In this document: positions 35,828 to 45,961 of the stretch, piece after piece
How the letters are laid out: the number at the start of each line of letters is the position of its first letter
Position numbering within the stretch: the stretch's first letter is position 1
Assembly (NCBI GenBank): GCA_949285875.1
Contig: CASDZZ010000003.1
Location: 349 to 64,348, forward strand
DNA from: an uncultured bacterium
Lineage (GTDB): Bacteria; Bacillota_I; Bacilli_A; RF39; UBA660
DNA: 64,000 nucleotides
Direction of reading: 5' to 3'
Translations under genes and position numbers: made by a program
The notes under the pieces: model-generated
Databases searched by the model: none
The model's input: only the letters and a program-made list of their open reading frames with translations
Told to the model about the DNA's origin: nothing

Positions 35828-38551
35828 ATGAAAAAATTAAATAGTAAAGAACTAAGAGATGAGTGGATAAAATTTTATGAAGAACGCGGACACAAAAATA
35901 TTGGTGCAGTATCTTTAATTGGAGACGGAACAACAGGTGTATTATTTAATGTAGCAGGGATGCAGTCTTTAATGCCTTATCTTTTAGGAAAACCTCATCC
36001 AGCTGGAAAAAGATTATGTAATGTTCAAGGATGTGTTAGAACAAATGACATAGATTCTGTTGGGGACTCTTCACACGGAACATTCTTTGAGATGATGGGT
36101 AGCTGGAGTTTAGGTGATTACTTTAAAGAAGAAAGAATTAAGTGGAGTTATGATTTATTTACAAATATTCTCGAAATACCAAGAGAAAGACTTGCTACTA
36201 CTTGTTTTGAAGGAGATGAAAATGCTCCAAGGGACATTGATGCTGCAATTATTAAAGAAAAAGTTGGATTTAAAAAAGAAAATATTTATTTCTTACCAAA
36301 AAGTGATAACTGGTGGGAGATAGAATCTGGTCCATGTGGCCCTGATAGTGAATATTTTTATATAACAGATAAACCAGCATGCTCAGAAAAATGTAATCCT
36401 TCTTGTGATTGTGGGCACTTTATTGAAATTGGTAATGATGTATTTATGCAATATGAAAAAATTGATAAAGATAAATACATTCCATTAAAAAATAAAAATG
36501 TAGATACTGGTTGGGGATTTGAAAGAATTCTTGCATTTTTAAATACAGAAGACGGAGATATTTATAAAACAGATCTATATACTGGTGTAATGAACATTTT
36601 AGAAGAAAAACTTGGTGTTAAATATAATACTAATGATGATATTGATAGATCAATTAGAATTATTCTTGATCATACTAGAACTGCTACAATGCTTTTAGGC
36701 GATGAAAAACATTTGACACCATCTAATGTTGGTGCAGGTTATATCCTAAGAAGGCTTATTAGAAGAGCTATTAGACATACTAAAAAGCTTAACTTAGAAC
36801 CAACTGTAATGCTTGATATAGCTAAATGTTTTATTGAAAAAGTTTATGATAAAAGTTATCCCAATTTATTAGAATCTAAAGATTTTATACTAAATGAGCT
36901 TCAAAAAGAAACAAATAATTTTTTAAAAACATTATCAAATGGGCTAAAAGAATTAGAAAAAATGATTGATAAAAATATAACAGAAGATAATAGAAAGTTA
37001 GATTCGTCTTTATGTTTTAAGTTATATGATACATATGGTTTTCCTTTTGAACTTACAAGTGAGATATTAAAAGAAAAAAACATAACTGTTTCTAAAGAAG
37101 AATTTGACTTATACATGCAAAAACAAAAAGAACTTGCTAGACAAAACGTAAAAAAGATAGATGAATTAAAAGTTCTTGGAGATATCAAAAACTTTAAAGA
37201 AGAAAGTGTATTTACTGGTTATGATGAATTAGAAACAAAAGCTAAAGTAATATTTGTTGGAGACTTAGAAGGTAATGTTGCAGATATTTATTCTGAAGGT
37301 ATGGTTATTTTGGATAATACACCTTTTTATGGAACAATGGGCGGACAAGAAGGAGATATTGGTTATCTTACTAATGATAATTTAAAAGCTGAAGTTTTAG
37401 CTACTAAAAAAGCCCCTAATGGACAAAATGTTTGTTATATAAGACTAATTAATGGCACTATCAAAGTAGGTGATGATGTAGTAGCTACCGTAGATAAAGA
37501 ACATAGATTTACTACCTGTCAAAATCATACTGCAACACACTTATTACAAAAGGCTTTACAAGAAGTATTAGGCAGTGAGGTTAAACAAGCTGGAAGTTTT
37601 GTTGATGCTGAAACTTTAAGATTTGATTTTAACTTTACTGGAGATATAAAAGATGAAGATGTTATTAAAGTAGAAGAAATTGTTAATAATAAAATTAAGG
37701 CTTGTATCCCAAGGGAAGTTAAAGAAATGGATTTAGATGAAGCAAAAAAGCTTGGTGCTATGGCTTTATTTGATGAAAAGTATGGAGAAAAGGTTCGTGT
37801 TGTTAAGTTTGGCGATTCTATAGAACTTTGTGGAGGAACTCACGTTACCAATACAGGAAATATTAGGAGTTTTGCTATAAAAAGTATAGAGTCAAAGGGA
37901 CTTAATGTATATAGAATAGAGGCAGTTTGTGATACTAATTTAGAAACAGAAGTTTTTAAAATGATAAAACCATACAACGATGAGATGATACTTTTGTTAA
38001 AGAAAGCTAAAAAGATAACTTCTGAAGCTGAAGAAAAAGGAATTAAGCTAGAATTGAAAATAAATATTTCAAACGAAAGACCAACTTGCTATAAAGATAT
38101 TTTGGAAAATAAAAGAGAAGTTATTACTTTAAGAAAACAAATTGCTGATTTAGAAAAAGATTATAAAGAGGCTTTAATAAGCAAAATGTTAGAAAAAACA
38201 GATTATTACGTAGAAAAGAAAGTTAAAGGAAAATTTGGAGAAGTTGTAATAATTAGTTTTGAAAATGAGGATATGGAATGTTTAAAAGCTCTTTCTTCAT
38301 CTATTCTTTTAAAACTTAATGATGGTATTGTGTTTATATTCAACAAAAAAGAAGATTCGATTAATTTTATAGCTCGTTCTTGCAATAATTTGAAAGATAA
38401 AATAAATATGGGAAATCTTATTAAAGATGTTTCTAAAATTTGTGGTGGAAATGGTGGAGGAAGTGCTATTTTTGCTCAAGGAGGCGGAACTAATTTAATA
38501 GATTTAGATATTGCTGAAAATTATGTTAAATCAGTTATAATTAAAGGATAA
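35828..38551 (+). CDS. alaS: Alanine--tRNA ligase
   Basis: 907 aa. N-terminus ELRDEWIKFYEERGH, editing-domain HxxxH (TCQNHTATHLLQ) and CGGTH, and a C-terminal DHHA1-like GGGGG region. Confidence 0.96.
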   Translation: MKKLNSKELRDEWIKFYEERGHKNIGAVSLIGDGTTGVLFNVAGMQSLMPYLLGKPHPAGKRLCNVQGCVRTNDIDSVGDSSHGTFFEMMGSWSLGDYFKEERIKWSYDLFTNILEIPRERLATTCFEGDENAPRDIDAAIIKEKVGFKKENIYFLPKSDNWWEIESGPCGPDSEYFYITDKPACSEKCNPSCDCGHFIEIGNDVFMQYEKIDKDKYIPLKNKNVDTGWGFERILAFLNTEDGDIYKTDLYTGVMNILEEKLGVKYNTNDDIDRSIRIILDHTRTATMLLGDEKHLTPSNVGAGYILRRLIRRAIRHTKKLNLEPTVMLDIAKCFIEKVYDKSYPNLLESKDFILNELQKETNNFLKTLSNGLKELEKMIDKNITEDNRKLDSSLCFKLYDTYGFPFELTSEILKEKNITVSKEEFDLYMQKQKELARQNVKKIDELKVLGDIKNFKEESVFTGYDELETKAKVIFVGDLEGNVADIYSEGMVILDNTPFYGTMGGQEGDIGYLTNDNLKAEVLATKKAPNGQNVCYIRLINGTIKVGDDVVATVDKEHRFTTCQNHTATHLLQKALQEVLGSEVKQAGSFVDAETLRFDFNFTGDIKDEDVIKVEEIVNNKIKACIPREVKEMDLDEAKKLGAMALFDEKYGEKVRVVKFGDSIELCGGTHVTNTGNIRSFAIKSIESKGLNVYRIEAVCDTNLETEVFKMIKPYNDEMILLLKKAKKITSEAEEKGIKLELKINISNERPTCYKDILENKREVITLRKQIADLEKDYKEALISKMLEKTDYYVEKKVKGKFGEVVIISFENEDMECLKALSSSILLKLNDGIVFIFNKKEDSINFIARSCNNLKDKINMGNLIKDVSKICGGNGGGSAIFAQGGGTNLIDLDIAENYVKSVIIKG

Positions 38552-38561
38552 AGAGGTAAAT

Positions 38562-39686
38562 ATGGAAAAAGAAGAAGTTTTAGATTTTGAAGAAAAACCT
38601 AAAAAAAAGAAAAAATTAAAACCATGGTTAAAGGTTTTAATTATGATTTTAACTTTTTTGATAATAATTATAGTTTTGATGTTTGCTTTATATGACTATA
38701 TGCTTCAACCAGTTTCTACTAAAAGTGAAAAAGTAGAATTTACTATAGAAGAAGGAGATAGCGTGTATGGAGTAGGATCTAAATTAGAAAGTGAAGGACT
38801 TATCAGAAGTTATTTTGCGTATAAAATATATGTTAAATTAAATAAAGTTACTGGCTATAAAGCTGGAATTTATGAGATAGATAAAAAATCTTCTACCAAA
38901 GAAATAGTTGCTGAACTAATGGGAAGATCCTATAAAAATGGTGGGAATCTGATTACTTTTAAAGAAGGAAAAAATATAAGAAACGTAGCTGAAACTATTG
39001 CTAAAAATACAAAGGTAACACAAGAAGAATTTTACGATAAATTAAATGATCAAGTTTATATTGAAAAACTAATTAATAAATACTGGTTTTTAACTGAAGA
39101 TATAACTAATAGTGATATTTATTATCCTTTAGAGGGTTATTTATTTCCAGAAACTTATTCTTTCGGAAAAGACGATACAGTAGAAAAAATAATAGAAAAG
39201 ATGTTAGATCAAACGGATAAAGTTTTTTCTAAATATAAAGATTTATTTGAGTCTAGTAAATATTCTATTCATGAAATTGCGACTCTATCTTCTTTAATAG
39301 AAAATGAAGGGGTTTATAGTGAAGATAGAAAACTAATTTCAAGTGTATTTTATAACAGACTAAATTCTAACATGTCTTTAGGAAGTGATGTTACAACTTA
39401 CTATGCTTTTAAAATAGATATGGGTGAGCGAGATTTAACTAGGGCTGAAATAAATACCTATAATCCTTATAATACTAGGGGACCTAAAATGTCAGGCAAA
39501 TTTCCTGTTGGACCTATTTCAAACTTTAGTGAAGATTCTTTGAAAGCTGCACTTATACCAAGTTCCAGTGATTATTATTATTTTGTTGCAGATAAAAGTG
39601 GGAAAACACATTTTTCTAAAACCTATGATGAACATCAAGAAATAATAAAAGAATTAAAAGAGTCTGGAAATTGGTTTGAATGGTAA
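38562..39686 (+). CDS. mltG: Endolytic murein transglycosylase MltG (YceG-like)
   Basis: N-terminal TM anchor, a YceG domain with ASLIENEG, and YNPYNTRGP...GPISNFS. Confidence 0.88.
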   Translation: MEKEEVLDFEEKPKKKKKLKPWLKVLIMILTFLIIIIVLMFALYDYMLQPVSTKSEKVEFTIEEGDSVYGVGSKLESEGLIRSYFAYKIYVKLNKVTGYKAGIYEIDKKSSTKEIVAELMGRSYKNGGNLITFKEGKNIRNVAETIAKNTKVTQEEFYDKLNDQVYIEKLINKYWFLTEDITNSDIYYPLEGYLFPETYSFGKDDTVEKIIEKMLDQTDKVFSKYKDLFESSKYSIHEIATLSSLIENEGVYSEDRKLISSVFYNRLNSNMSLGSDVTTYYAFKIDMGERDLTRAEINTYNPYNTRGPKMSGKFPVGPISNFSEDSLKAALIPSSSDYYYFVADKSGKTHFSKTYDEHQEIIKELKESGNWFEW

Positions 39687-39765
39687 GATAAAATAAAATG
39701 ATGATTGAATTTTATTTTATTTAATGTTAAAATAAAAATATCTTATGAAAGATAGGAGTGATATT

Positions 39766-40011
39766 ATGTCTTCGACTACTTATTTATTTAATATTGAAAA
39801 TATTAATGAAGCTTTAGTAAAAGAAACTATTAAAGAAGTTTGTGAAGCTTTGGAAGAAAGGGGTTATAATCCAGTAAATCAATTGGTAGGTTATTTGATG
39901 AGCGGGGACCCTGGTTATATTTCTAATCATAAAGAAGCTAGAAATAAAATTTTAAAAATTGATCGTAGTAAAATTTTGGAAATTCTTATAAAGGAATATT
40001 TAGCTGAATGA
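39766..40011 (+). CDS. ireB: IreB/UPF0297 (YrzL) family regulatory protein
   Basis: I prefer the ATG at 39766 (RBS TAGGAGTG). Motifs ALEERGYNPVNQLVGYLMSGDPGYIS and EARNKILKIDR. The alaS...yrzL-ruvX-yrzB synteny supports the call. Confidence 0.85.
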   Translation: MSSTTYLFNIENINEALVKETIKEVCEALEERGYNPVNQLVGYLMSGDPGYISNHKEARNKILKIDRSKILEILIKEYLAE

Positions 40012-40442
40012 GAATTTTAGGTCTTGATTTAGGAACTAAAACTTTAGGAATAGCAATAAGTGATAAAACAGAAACGATAGCAAGTTCACTTAATACAATA
40101 CGTTTTGGTGAAAATAATTATGAAGAAGCTTTTTTATCACTAGATAAAGTTATAGATGAATATGGTGTTAACCTAATTGTTTTGGGGCTTCCTAAAAATA
40201 TGAATAATACTTGTGGTGATGCGGTATCAAGAAGTGAGAATTTTAAGACAAAATTGGAAGAAAAATATAATATTCCTGTTTTATTTGAAGACGAGAGACT
40301 AACTTCAGTAATTGCAAATAGTGTGCTACTGAAGGCAGATTTATCTCGTAAAAAAAGAAAAGAAAAAGTGGATGGTTTAGCGGCTACAATAATTTTGCAA
40401 AATTATTTAGATAAAAGAAAGGAAGAAAAAAATGGAAAATAA
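40008..40442 (+). CDS. ruvX: Pre-16S rRNA nuclease / Holliday junction resolvase-like RuvX (YqgF)
   Basis: MRILGLDLGTKTLGIAISD and FEDERLTS motifs; 144 aa. Overlaps the ireB stop by 4 nt. Confidence 0.93.
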   Translation: MRILGLDLGTKTLGIAISDKTETIASSLNTIRFGENNYEEAFLSLDKVIDEYGVNLIVLGLPKNMNNTCGDAVSRSENFKTKLEEKYNIPVLFEDERLTSVIANSVLLKADLSRKKRKEKVDGLAATIILQNYLDKRKEEKNGK

Positions 40443-40719
40443 TGAAAATAAAAAAGATACAACATTTACAATTGTAACTGATGAAGGAAAAGAAGTGAAA
40501 TGTGAAATACTTTTTACTTATGAAGATGAAAGAACAAAAAAGAATTATATGGCATATACAGATAATACTTTAGATGAAGAAGGTAATACTAAGGTTTTTG
40601 CTTCAATATATAATCCAGAAGAAGAAAACCCTGTACTTCTTCCTATCGAGACTGATGAAGAATGGAAAATGATAGAAAGTATATTAAATTCTTTATCAAA
40701 TCAAGAAAACGAAGAATAA
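40432..40719 (+). CDS. DUF1292 (YrzB) family protein
   Basis: 95 aa with the FTYEDE...NYMAYTD...VFASIY...LLPIETDEEWKMIE pattern. Conserved position after ruvX. Confidence 0.8.
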   Translation: MENNENKKDTTFTIVTDEGKEVKCEILFTYEDERTKKNYMAYTDNTLDEEGNTKVFASIYNPEEENPVLLPIETDEEWKMIESILNSLSNQENEE

Positions 40720-40812
40720 TTTAAAAGATTAAAAAGTTTAAAAGTTATAGTGATAAAAACTATTTTTATCACTATATTTATTATAATTTAAAAGAAGTAT
40801 GGTGGTGCTGAT

Positions 40813-41433
40813 ATGGATAATGAATATTATATTAAACAAATGGAAAAATATGCAGATGAAAAAGGTGTTCCTATTATGGAAAAAGATGGAATAGTTTTTT
40901 TATCTGAATTTGTTAAATTAAATAAGATTAAAAATATTTTAGAAATTGGTACGGCAATTGGTTATTCTGCTATTAATATGGCTTTAGCTGATGAGGATGT
41001 TAACGTCACTACTATAGAAAGAGATAAAACAAGATATATAGAAGCTGTTAAAAACGTTAAGAAGTTGAAACTTGATGATAGGATAACCCTTATATTAGCT
41101 GATGCCTTGGATTTTAATACAAGCGAAATGTATGACTTAATTTTTATAGATGCAGCCAAAAGCCAGTACATGAAATTTTTTACAAAATTTTCTAAGAATC
41201 TAAAGCCACGGGGCTATATAGTTACTGATAATATCAAGTTTCATGGTTTAGTATCTTCAGATAAAACTAAAATGTCAAAAAATTTAAGGCAATTAGTTTC
41301 AAAGCTAGAAAGGTATATTGTGTTCTTAAAAGATAATAAAGAATACAAGACTAGATTTTTTGATATAGGTGATGGGGTTGCTATTTCTAGGAGAAAGAAA
41401 AATGAACAAGAAGAAAATACTTACGAAAATTAA
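40813..41433 (+). CDS. trmR: SAM-dependent O-methyltransferase, YrrM/TrmR-like (tRNA mo5U34)
   Basis: Class I MTase motif ILEIGTAIGYS and DLIFIDAAK. Conserved position before the two U32 genes. Confidence 0.75.
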   Translation: MDNEYYIKQMEKYADEKGVPIMEKDGIVFLSEFVKLNKIKNILEIGTAIGYSAINMALADEDVNVTTIERDKTRYIEAVKNVKKLKLDDRITLILADALDFNTSEMYDLIFIDAAKSQYMKFFTKFSKNLKPRGYIVTDNIKFHGLVSSDKTKMSKNLRQLVSKLERYIVFLKDNKEYKTRFFDIGDGVAISRRKKNEQEENTYEN

Positions 41434-42238
41434 TAATGAAATAGATTTTAATCCAGAATGTGATGGTTATATTCTTGGTTTTGAAAACTTTTCAGTTTGT
41501 TTTGAAAAAAAATTTTCATTATCCGAAATTAGGTTAGCTATAAAAAAATATATTGACAAAGAAATCTTTGTTGCGTTAAATAGACCTATATTTAATAAAG
41601 AAATAAATGATTACAAAGAAGCTTTGCTAAAGCTTGATAAATTAGGGCTTAAGGGAATTATTGTAGGTGATATAGCTGCCCTTACTTATGGCTTAAAAAC
41701 TAATTTAATTTTAGACCAGATGCATTTAAATAATAGTTATTTTACGATAAATCATTATTACAATAATAATGTAAATGGAGTTATTCTAACTAATGATATT
41801 ACTTTGGACGAGATAAATACTATTAAAGAAAATAGTAACGCTTTACTTTTTAAACAAGGGTTTGGGTTATCTCATCTATCTACCTCAGTAAGGAAACTAA
41901 CAACTAATTATCTAAAATTTTCAAAAATTAAAAATGCTGATAAATATTATTTTATAAAAGAACCAAATAAAAATGATTATTATTATATTATAGAAGATGA
42001 TTTTGGCACTCATATATTTGATTCTAAAGTACTTAATTTAAGTTTATACTTAGATGATTTAAATGTAGATTACATTATAGTTGATAGTTTTTTAATTGAT
42101 AAAAATAAAATGGAAACTGTTTATAAAGCTTTTTCTTCTTTTGATAAAAAATTTCTTGTAAAATTAGAGAACGAACCTAATTATACTGAAGGCTTTATTA
42201 ATAAAAAAACAATATATAAGGTGAAAAATAATGAATAA
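41402..42238 (+). CDS. Peptidase U32 family protein, YrrN-like (tRNA hydroxylation partner)
   Basis: I prefer the ATG at 41402 (RBS GGAGAAAG). The call rests on synteny with yrrM-yrrN-yrrO; the sequence itself is only weakly diagnostic. Confidence 0.6.
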   Translation: MNKKKILTKINNEIDFNPECDGYILGFENFSVCFEKKFSLSEIRLAIKKYIDKEIFVALNRPIFNKEINDYKEALLKLDKLGLKGIIVGDIAALTYGLKTNLILDQMHLNNSYFTINHYYNNNVNGVILTNDITLDEINTIKENSNALLFKQGFGLSHLSTSVRKLTTNYLKFSKIKNADKYYFIKEPNKNDYYYIIEDDFGTHIFDSKVLNLSLYLDDLNVDYIIVDSFLIDKNKMETVYKAFSSFDKKFLVKLENEPNYTEGFINKKTIYKVKNNE

Positions 42239-43439
42239 GAAAGTCGAACTTTTAGCTCCTGCTGGTAGTTTAGAAAAATTAAAGTGGGCTATTTTGTATG
42301 GAGCGGATGCCGTTTATATAGGCGGTACTAATTATAGTTTAAGAGCTAATGCTAAAAATTTTAATATTGAAGAGATAAATGAAGCCGTTTTATTTGCTCA
42401 TAAACATAATGCTAAAGTTTATGTTGCGGTAAATATAGTTTTCCATAATGAAGATGTTAAGGGGTTAGAAGAATATTTGGTTACTTTAGAAAAAGTAGGA
42501 GTAGATGCAATTATTTTAAGTGATCCTTTGGTTATTGATTGTGCTAAAAAGTGTACTAAAAAATTAGAACTACATTTAAGTACTCAAGCTTCTGTTTTAA
42601 ATAAAGATGCATGTTTGTATTTTAAAAAACAAGGTATATCAAGAGTAGTTCTTGCAAGGGAATGTAGTAAAGAGGATATTTTAGATATAATAAATTCTGT
42701 TGATATAGAAATTGAGTGCTTTATTCATGGGGCTATGTGTACCAATTTGTCAGGAAGATGCGTTCTTTCAAATTATTTTACCAATAGAGATGCTAACAGA
42801 GGAGGGTGCTGTCAAGTTTGTAGATTTAATTTTGATTTATATGATAGTAGTAAAGTTAAATTATCTAATGAACCAAACTTTTCGATGGCTCCTAAAGATT
42901 TATCTTTAGTAAATTATATTAAAGAGATGATTGATTTAGGAATCTCCTCTTTTAAATTAGAAGGAAGAATGAGATCAGTTTATTATATTGCAACACTTGT
43001 TTCTGTTTATAGGAAATTAATAGATATGTATTGTAATAATTCTTATGATGAAGCATATATTAAAAAAGCTACAAAAATTTTATATAGGTGTGCTAATCGT
43101 GATGTAGCACCTCAATTTTTTAATAAATTTCCTGGCGAGAAAGAACAATATTATAGTGGTAGACAAGAAGATTCTAATCAAGATTTTTTAGGAATTATAA
43201 TAGGTTATGATGAAGCTAATAAAAAAGCTATAATAGAGCAAAGAAACTTTTTTAAACCAGGTGATAAAGTTACTATTTTTGGCCCTGGTATCGAAGATTA
43301 TTCCTTTGTAGTTGAATCCATTATAGATGAAGAAGGTAATAACTTAGATGCAGCAAGACATCCTAGGGAAATTATTAAAATAAGTTGTGACCAAAAGGTT
43401 CCTATTAATTCAATATTACGTGTCAACTTTTTAGATTGA
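42231..43439 (+). CDS. Peptidase U32 family protein, YrrO/TrhP-like
   Basis: N-terminus ELLAPAGSLEKLKWAILYGADAVYIGG. The U32 signature region is ECFIHGAMCTNLSGRCVLSNYFTNRDANRGGCCQVCR; 402 aa. Confidence 0.85.
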   Translation: MNKKVELLAPAGSLEKLKWAILYGADAVYIGGTNYSLRANAKNFNIEEINEAVLFAHKHNAKVYVAVNIVFHNEDVKGLEEYLVTLEKVGVDAIILSDPLVIDCAKKCTKKLELHLSTQASVLNKDACLYFKKQGISRVVLARECSKEDILDIINSVDIEIECFIHGAMCTNLSGRCVLSNYFTNRDANRGGCCQVCRFNFDLYDSSKVKLSNEPNFSMAPKDLSLVNYIKEMIDLGISSFKLEGRMRSVYYIATLVSVYRKLIDMYCNNSYDEAYIKKATKILYRCANRDVAPQFFNKFPGEKEQYYSGRQEDSNQDFLGIIIGYDEANKKAIIEQRNFFKPGDKVTIFGPGIEDYSFVVESIIDEEGNNLDAARHPREIIKISCDQKVPINSILRVNFLD

Positions 43440-43497
43440 CAAATATATGTTTTTGTAGTATCATTATACGAGTGTTTTATATAGAAGAGGTGAACGT

Positions 43498-43971
43498 ATG
43501 AAAAAAGGCGAGAAAGAAATATATTTAACAAGTGAAGGTTTTTTAAAGTTAGAAGAAGAGTTAGATGATTTAAAAAAGGTAAAAAGGCCTGAAATTGTAA
43601 ATGCAATAAAAGAAGCAAGAGCTTTGGGAGATTTATCTGAAAATGCTGAATATCATTCTGCAAGAGATAATCAGGCTAAATTAGAAGCTAGAATAAAAGA
43701 AATTGAATATACTTTAGAGCATGCAACAATTATCGAAAATAATAACGATGGTAAGGTTCGTGTAGGTTCAGTTGTAACAATTAAATATGCTGATGATGAC
43801 GAAGAAGAAGAATATACTATCGTTGGTACTAATGAGGCTGACCCATTTGCTAATAAGATTTCTAATGAATCTCCAATTGCAATAGCTATCATGGGTAAAA
43901 ATGCCGGAGATAAAGTTTCGGTTGAATCTCCTAACGGAAGTTTTGATCTAGAAATTTTAAAAGTAGCTTAA
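43498..43971 (+). CDS. greA: Transcription elongation factor GreA
   Basis: LTSEGFLKLEEELDDLK and GDLSENAEYHSARD motifs; 157 aa. Promoter TTGACA-17-TATCAT at 43435..43463. Confidence 0.96.
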   Translation: MKKGEKEIYLTSEGFLKLEEELDDLKKVKRPEIVNAIKEARALGDLSENAEYHSARDNQAKLEARIKEIEYTLEHATIIENNNDGKVRVGSVVTIKYADDDEEEEYTIVGTNEADPFANKISNESPIAIAIMGKNAGDKVSVESPNGSFDLEILKVA

Positions 43972-44030
43972 TAATTTGTTGTAATATAAAAGTGTACATG
44001 AAAAAGGGTATGCTTTTATTTTTTTATAAT

Positions 44031-44059
44031 TTGACAATGCGGTGTGATTTTGTTATAAT
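44031..44059 (+). promoter_or_regulatory. Consensus SigA promoter
   Basis: TTGACA, a 17-nt spacer, then TATAAT preceded by TGt (extended -10). Confidence 0.65.
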
Positions 44060-44092
44060 ACGCAGACAAATCAAATGGATGGGGGTTATTTT

Positions 44093-44461
44093 ATGAAATT
44101 TGATAAAAAATTAGAAGCATACAAATTAGCAATTGAAAATATGTCTAAAGAAGAACGTTTAAAAGAGTTAGTTAAAATTTCTAAAAAAAATTACAATTTA
44201 TCGAGTGGCGCAAGCTTATTTTTTGGGTATGGAAATGGTCTTGTATTGACTGTTTGTATACATGACCTAATGGAGGAGTTTGGGGTAGATTTTCCTTTTG
44301 CTATAGTTCCCTGTACAGCTGCTTTGTTTAGCACGCTAGTAAGTCTTCACTATTCTTTAAGAGAGTCTTCTTTAGCTAAAAAAGAAGAAATTATATATAG
44401 GTACATAGATAGTGATAAAAAAGAATTAGAAGAAGATAATAAAAATAAGTTAATTAAATAG
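44093..44461 (+). CDS. Hypothetical membrane protein
   Basis: I prefer the ATG at 44093 (GGGGG-rich RBS). Two hydrophobic segments; no recognisable family. Confidence 0.5.
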   Translation: MKFDKKLEAYKLAIENMSKEERLKELVKISKKNYNLSSGASLFFGYGNGLVLTVCIHDLMEEFGVDFPFAIVPCTAALFSTLVSLHYSLRESSLAKKEEIIYRYIDSDKKELEEDNKNKLIK

Positions 44462-44482
44462 CTATTTATTAGCTATTTTTTT
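44456..44482 (+). terminator. Intrinsic terminator
   Basis: 9-bp stem AAATAGCTA / TAGCTATTT, 5-nt loop, T-run. Confidence 0.75.
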
Positions 44483-44502
44483 ACATGTTTAAAACATAAT
44501 AC

Positions 44503-44531
44503 TTGATAAAGAAATTTAAATAAGTTATAAT
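44503..44531 (+). promoter_or_regulatory. SigA-type promoter of tig
   Basis: TTGATA, a 17-nt spacer, then TATAAT. Confidence 0.6.
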
Positions 44532-44559
44532 ACTTATTGTTTTAGGAGGAATTTAATTT

Positions 44560-45825
44560 ATGGCAGAAAAGAAAGAAAAAAAAGCTAATAATGTTCACGA
44601 AGTAACGGTTACAATAGACGGGGAAAAGTGGAATAAAATTTTAGATGATACTTTTAAGAAAGTTGTTAAAACTGTTAAGATAGATGGTTTTAGACCTGGT
44701 AAGGTTCCAAGAGAAATTTTTGAAAAAAAATATGGAAAACAAGCATTAGTTGTTGATGCAGTAGATGTTGCTGTTAAAGATGCTTATGATGAAGCTTTAA
44801 AAGAGTTTAAAGGAGAACCTATTGTTAGACCTGGTGTTGCAGTTGAAAAAGCTGATGAAAATGGCGTAACATTTAAGTTTATTTTTACAACTAAACCAGA
44901 AGTTAAGATAAATAAATATACTAACTTAGGTGTTAAGGAACCAAAGGTTAAAGTAACTGATAAGGATGTTGAAGAAGAAATCGAAAATGCTAAAAAACAA
45001 TATGCTGATCTTCAAATAAAAGAAGGAAAAGCTGAAAATGGAGATACAGTAGTAATTGATTTTGAGGGATTTGATGGTGATAAGGCCTTTGAAGGTGGTA
45101 AGGCTGAAAATTATGCTTTAGAGTTAGGAAGTAATTCTTTTATTCCTGGTTTTGAAGAGGCTTTAGTAGGTCTTAAGGCTGGTGATAAAAAGGATGTACA
45201 TGTTACTTTCCCAGAGGATTATCATGCTGAAGAATTAAAGGGAAAACCAGTTGTATTTAAGGTTTTGGTTCACGAAGTTAAAACTAAGGTATATCCAGAG
45301 TTAAATGAAGAATTTTTCTTGGATTTAGGATTAGATGACGTAAAAACAGAAGAAGATTTTAAGAAAACAATAAAAGAAAATTTAAAAGTTCAAAGGGAAT
45401 ATGAAGCTGAAAATAAATATATTGATGAATTATTTGATGCTCTTCTTAAAGAAACTTCAGTATCTATACCACATGAATTAATTCATGAGGAAGTAGATAG
45501 AATGGTTAAAGACTATGAAGAAAGATTAAAAATGCAAGGAATTACATTAGAGCAGTTCTACAAGTTTACTAATTCAAGTGAAGAAGCCTTAAAATCTCAA
45601 ATGCATGAAGAAGCTGAAAAGAGAGTTAAACTTCGTTTTGCAATCGATGAAATAATTGAATTAGAAAATATTGATGCTACTGATGAAGAAGTAGAAAAAG
45701 ATGCCGAAGAAAAAGCAAAAAAACATAATATGGATAAAGATGAATATGTAAAAGCTTTTGGTGGCACTGAAATGTTAAAATATGATATAAAAGTTCAAAA
45801 AGTAATTGATATATTAAAAAAATAA
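44560..45825 (+). CDS. tig: Trigger factor
   Basis: Ribosome-binding motif GFRPGKVP, a central FKBP-type PPIase (GDTVVIDFEGF), 421 aa. Confidence 0.96.
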   Translation: MAEKKEKKANNVHEVTVTIDGEKWNKILDDTFKKVVKTVKIDGFRPGKVPREIFEKKYGKQALVVDAVDVAVKDAYDEALKEFKGEPIVRPGVAVEKADENGVTFKFIFTTKPEVKINKYTNLGVKEPKVKVTDKDVEEEIENAKKQYADLQIKEGKAENGDTVVIDFEGFDGDKAFEGGKAENYALELGSNSFIPGFEEALVGLKAGDKKDVHVTFPEDYHAEELKGKPVVFKVLVHEVKTKVYPELNEEFFLDLGLDDVKTEEDFKKTIKENLKVQREYEAENKYIDELFDALLKETSVSIPHELIHEEVDRMVKDYEERLKMQGITLEQFYKFTNSSEEALKSQMHEEAEKRVKLRFAIDEIIELENIDATDEEVEKDAEEKAKKHNMDKDEYVKAFGGTEMLKYDIKVQKVIDILKK

Positions 45826-45846
45826 AACACCAAATGGTGTTTTTTA
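45824..45846 (+). terminator. Intrinsic terminator after tig
   Basis: AAACACC-aaat-GGTGTTT followed by a T-run. Confidence 0.75.
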
Positions 45847-45961
45847 ATGCCAAATTTTACAGGTAAAAATTGGATGAAAAAAATACGACAATTTTCTTGA
45901 CTTTTAAAGTTCTTAGTTTATAATAAAATGTAAAATTTGTAATTATTAAAGGGAGGATTTT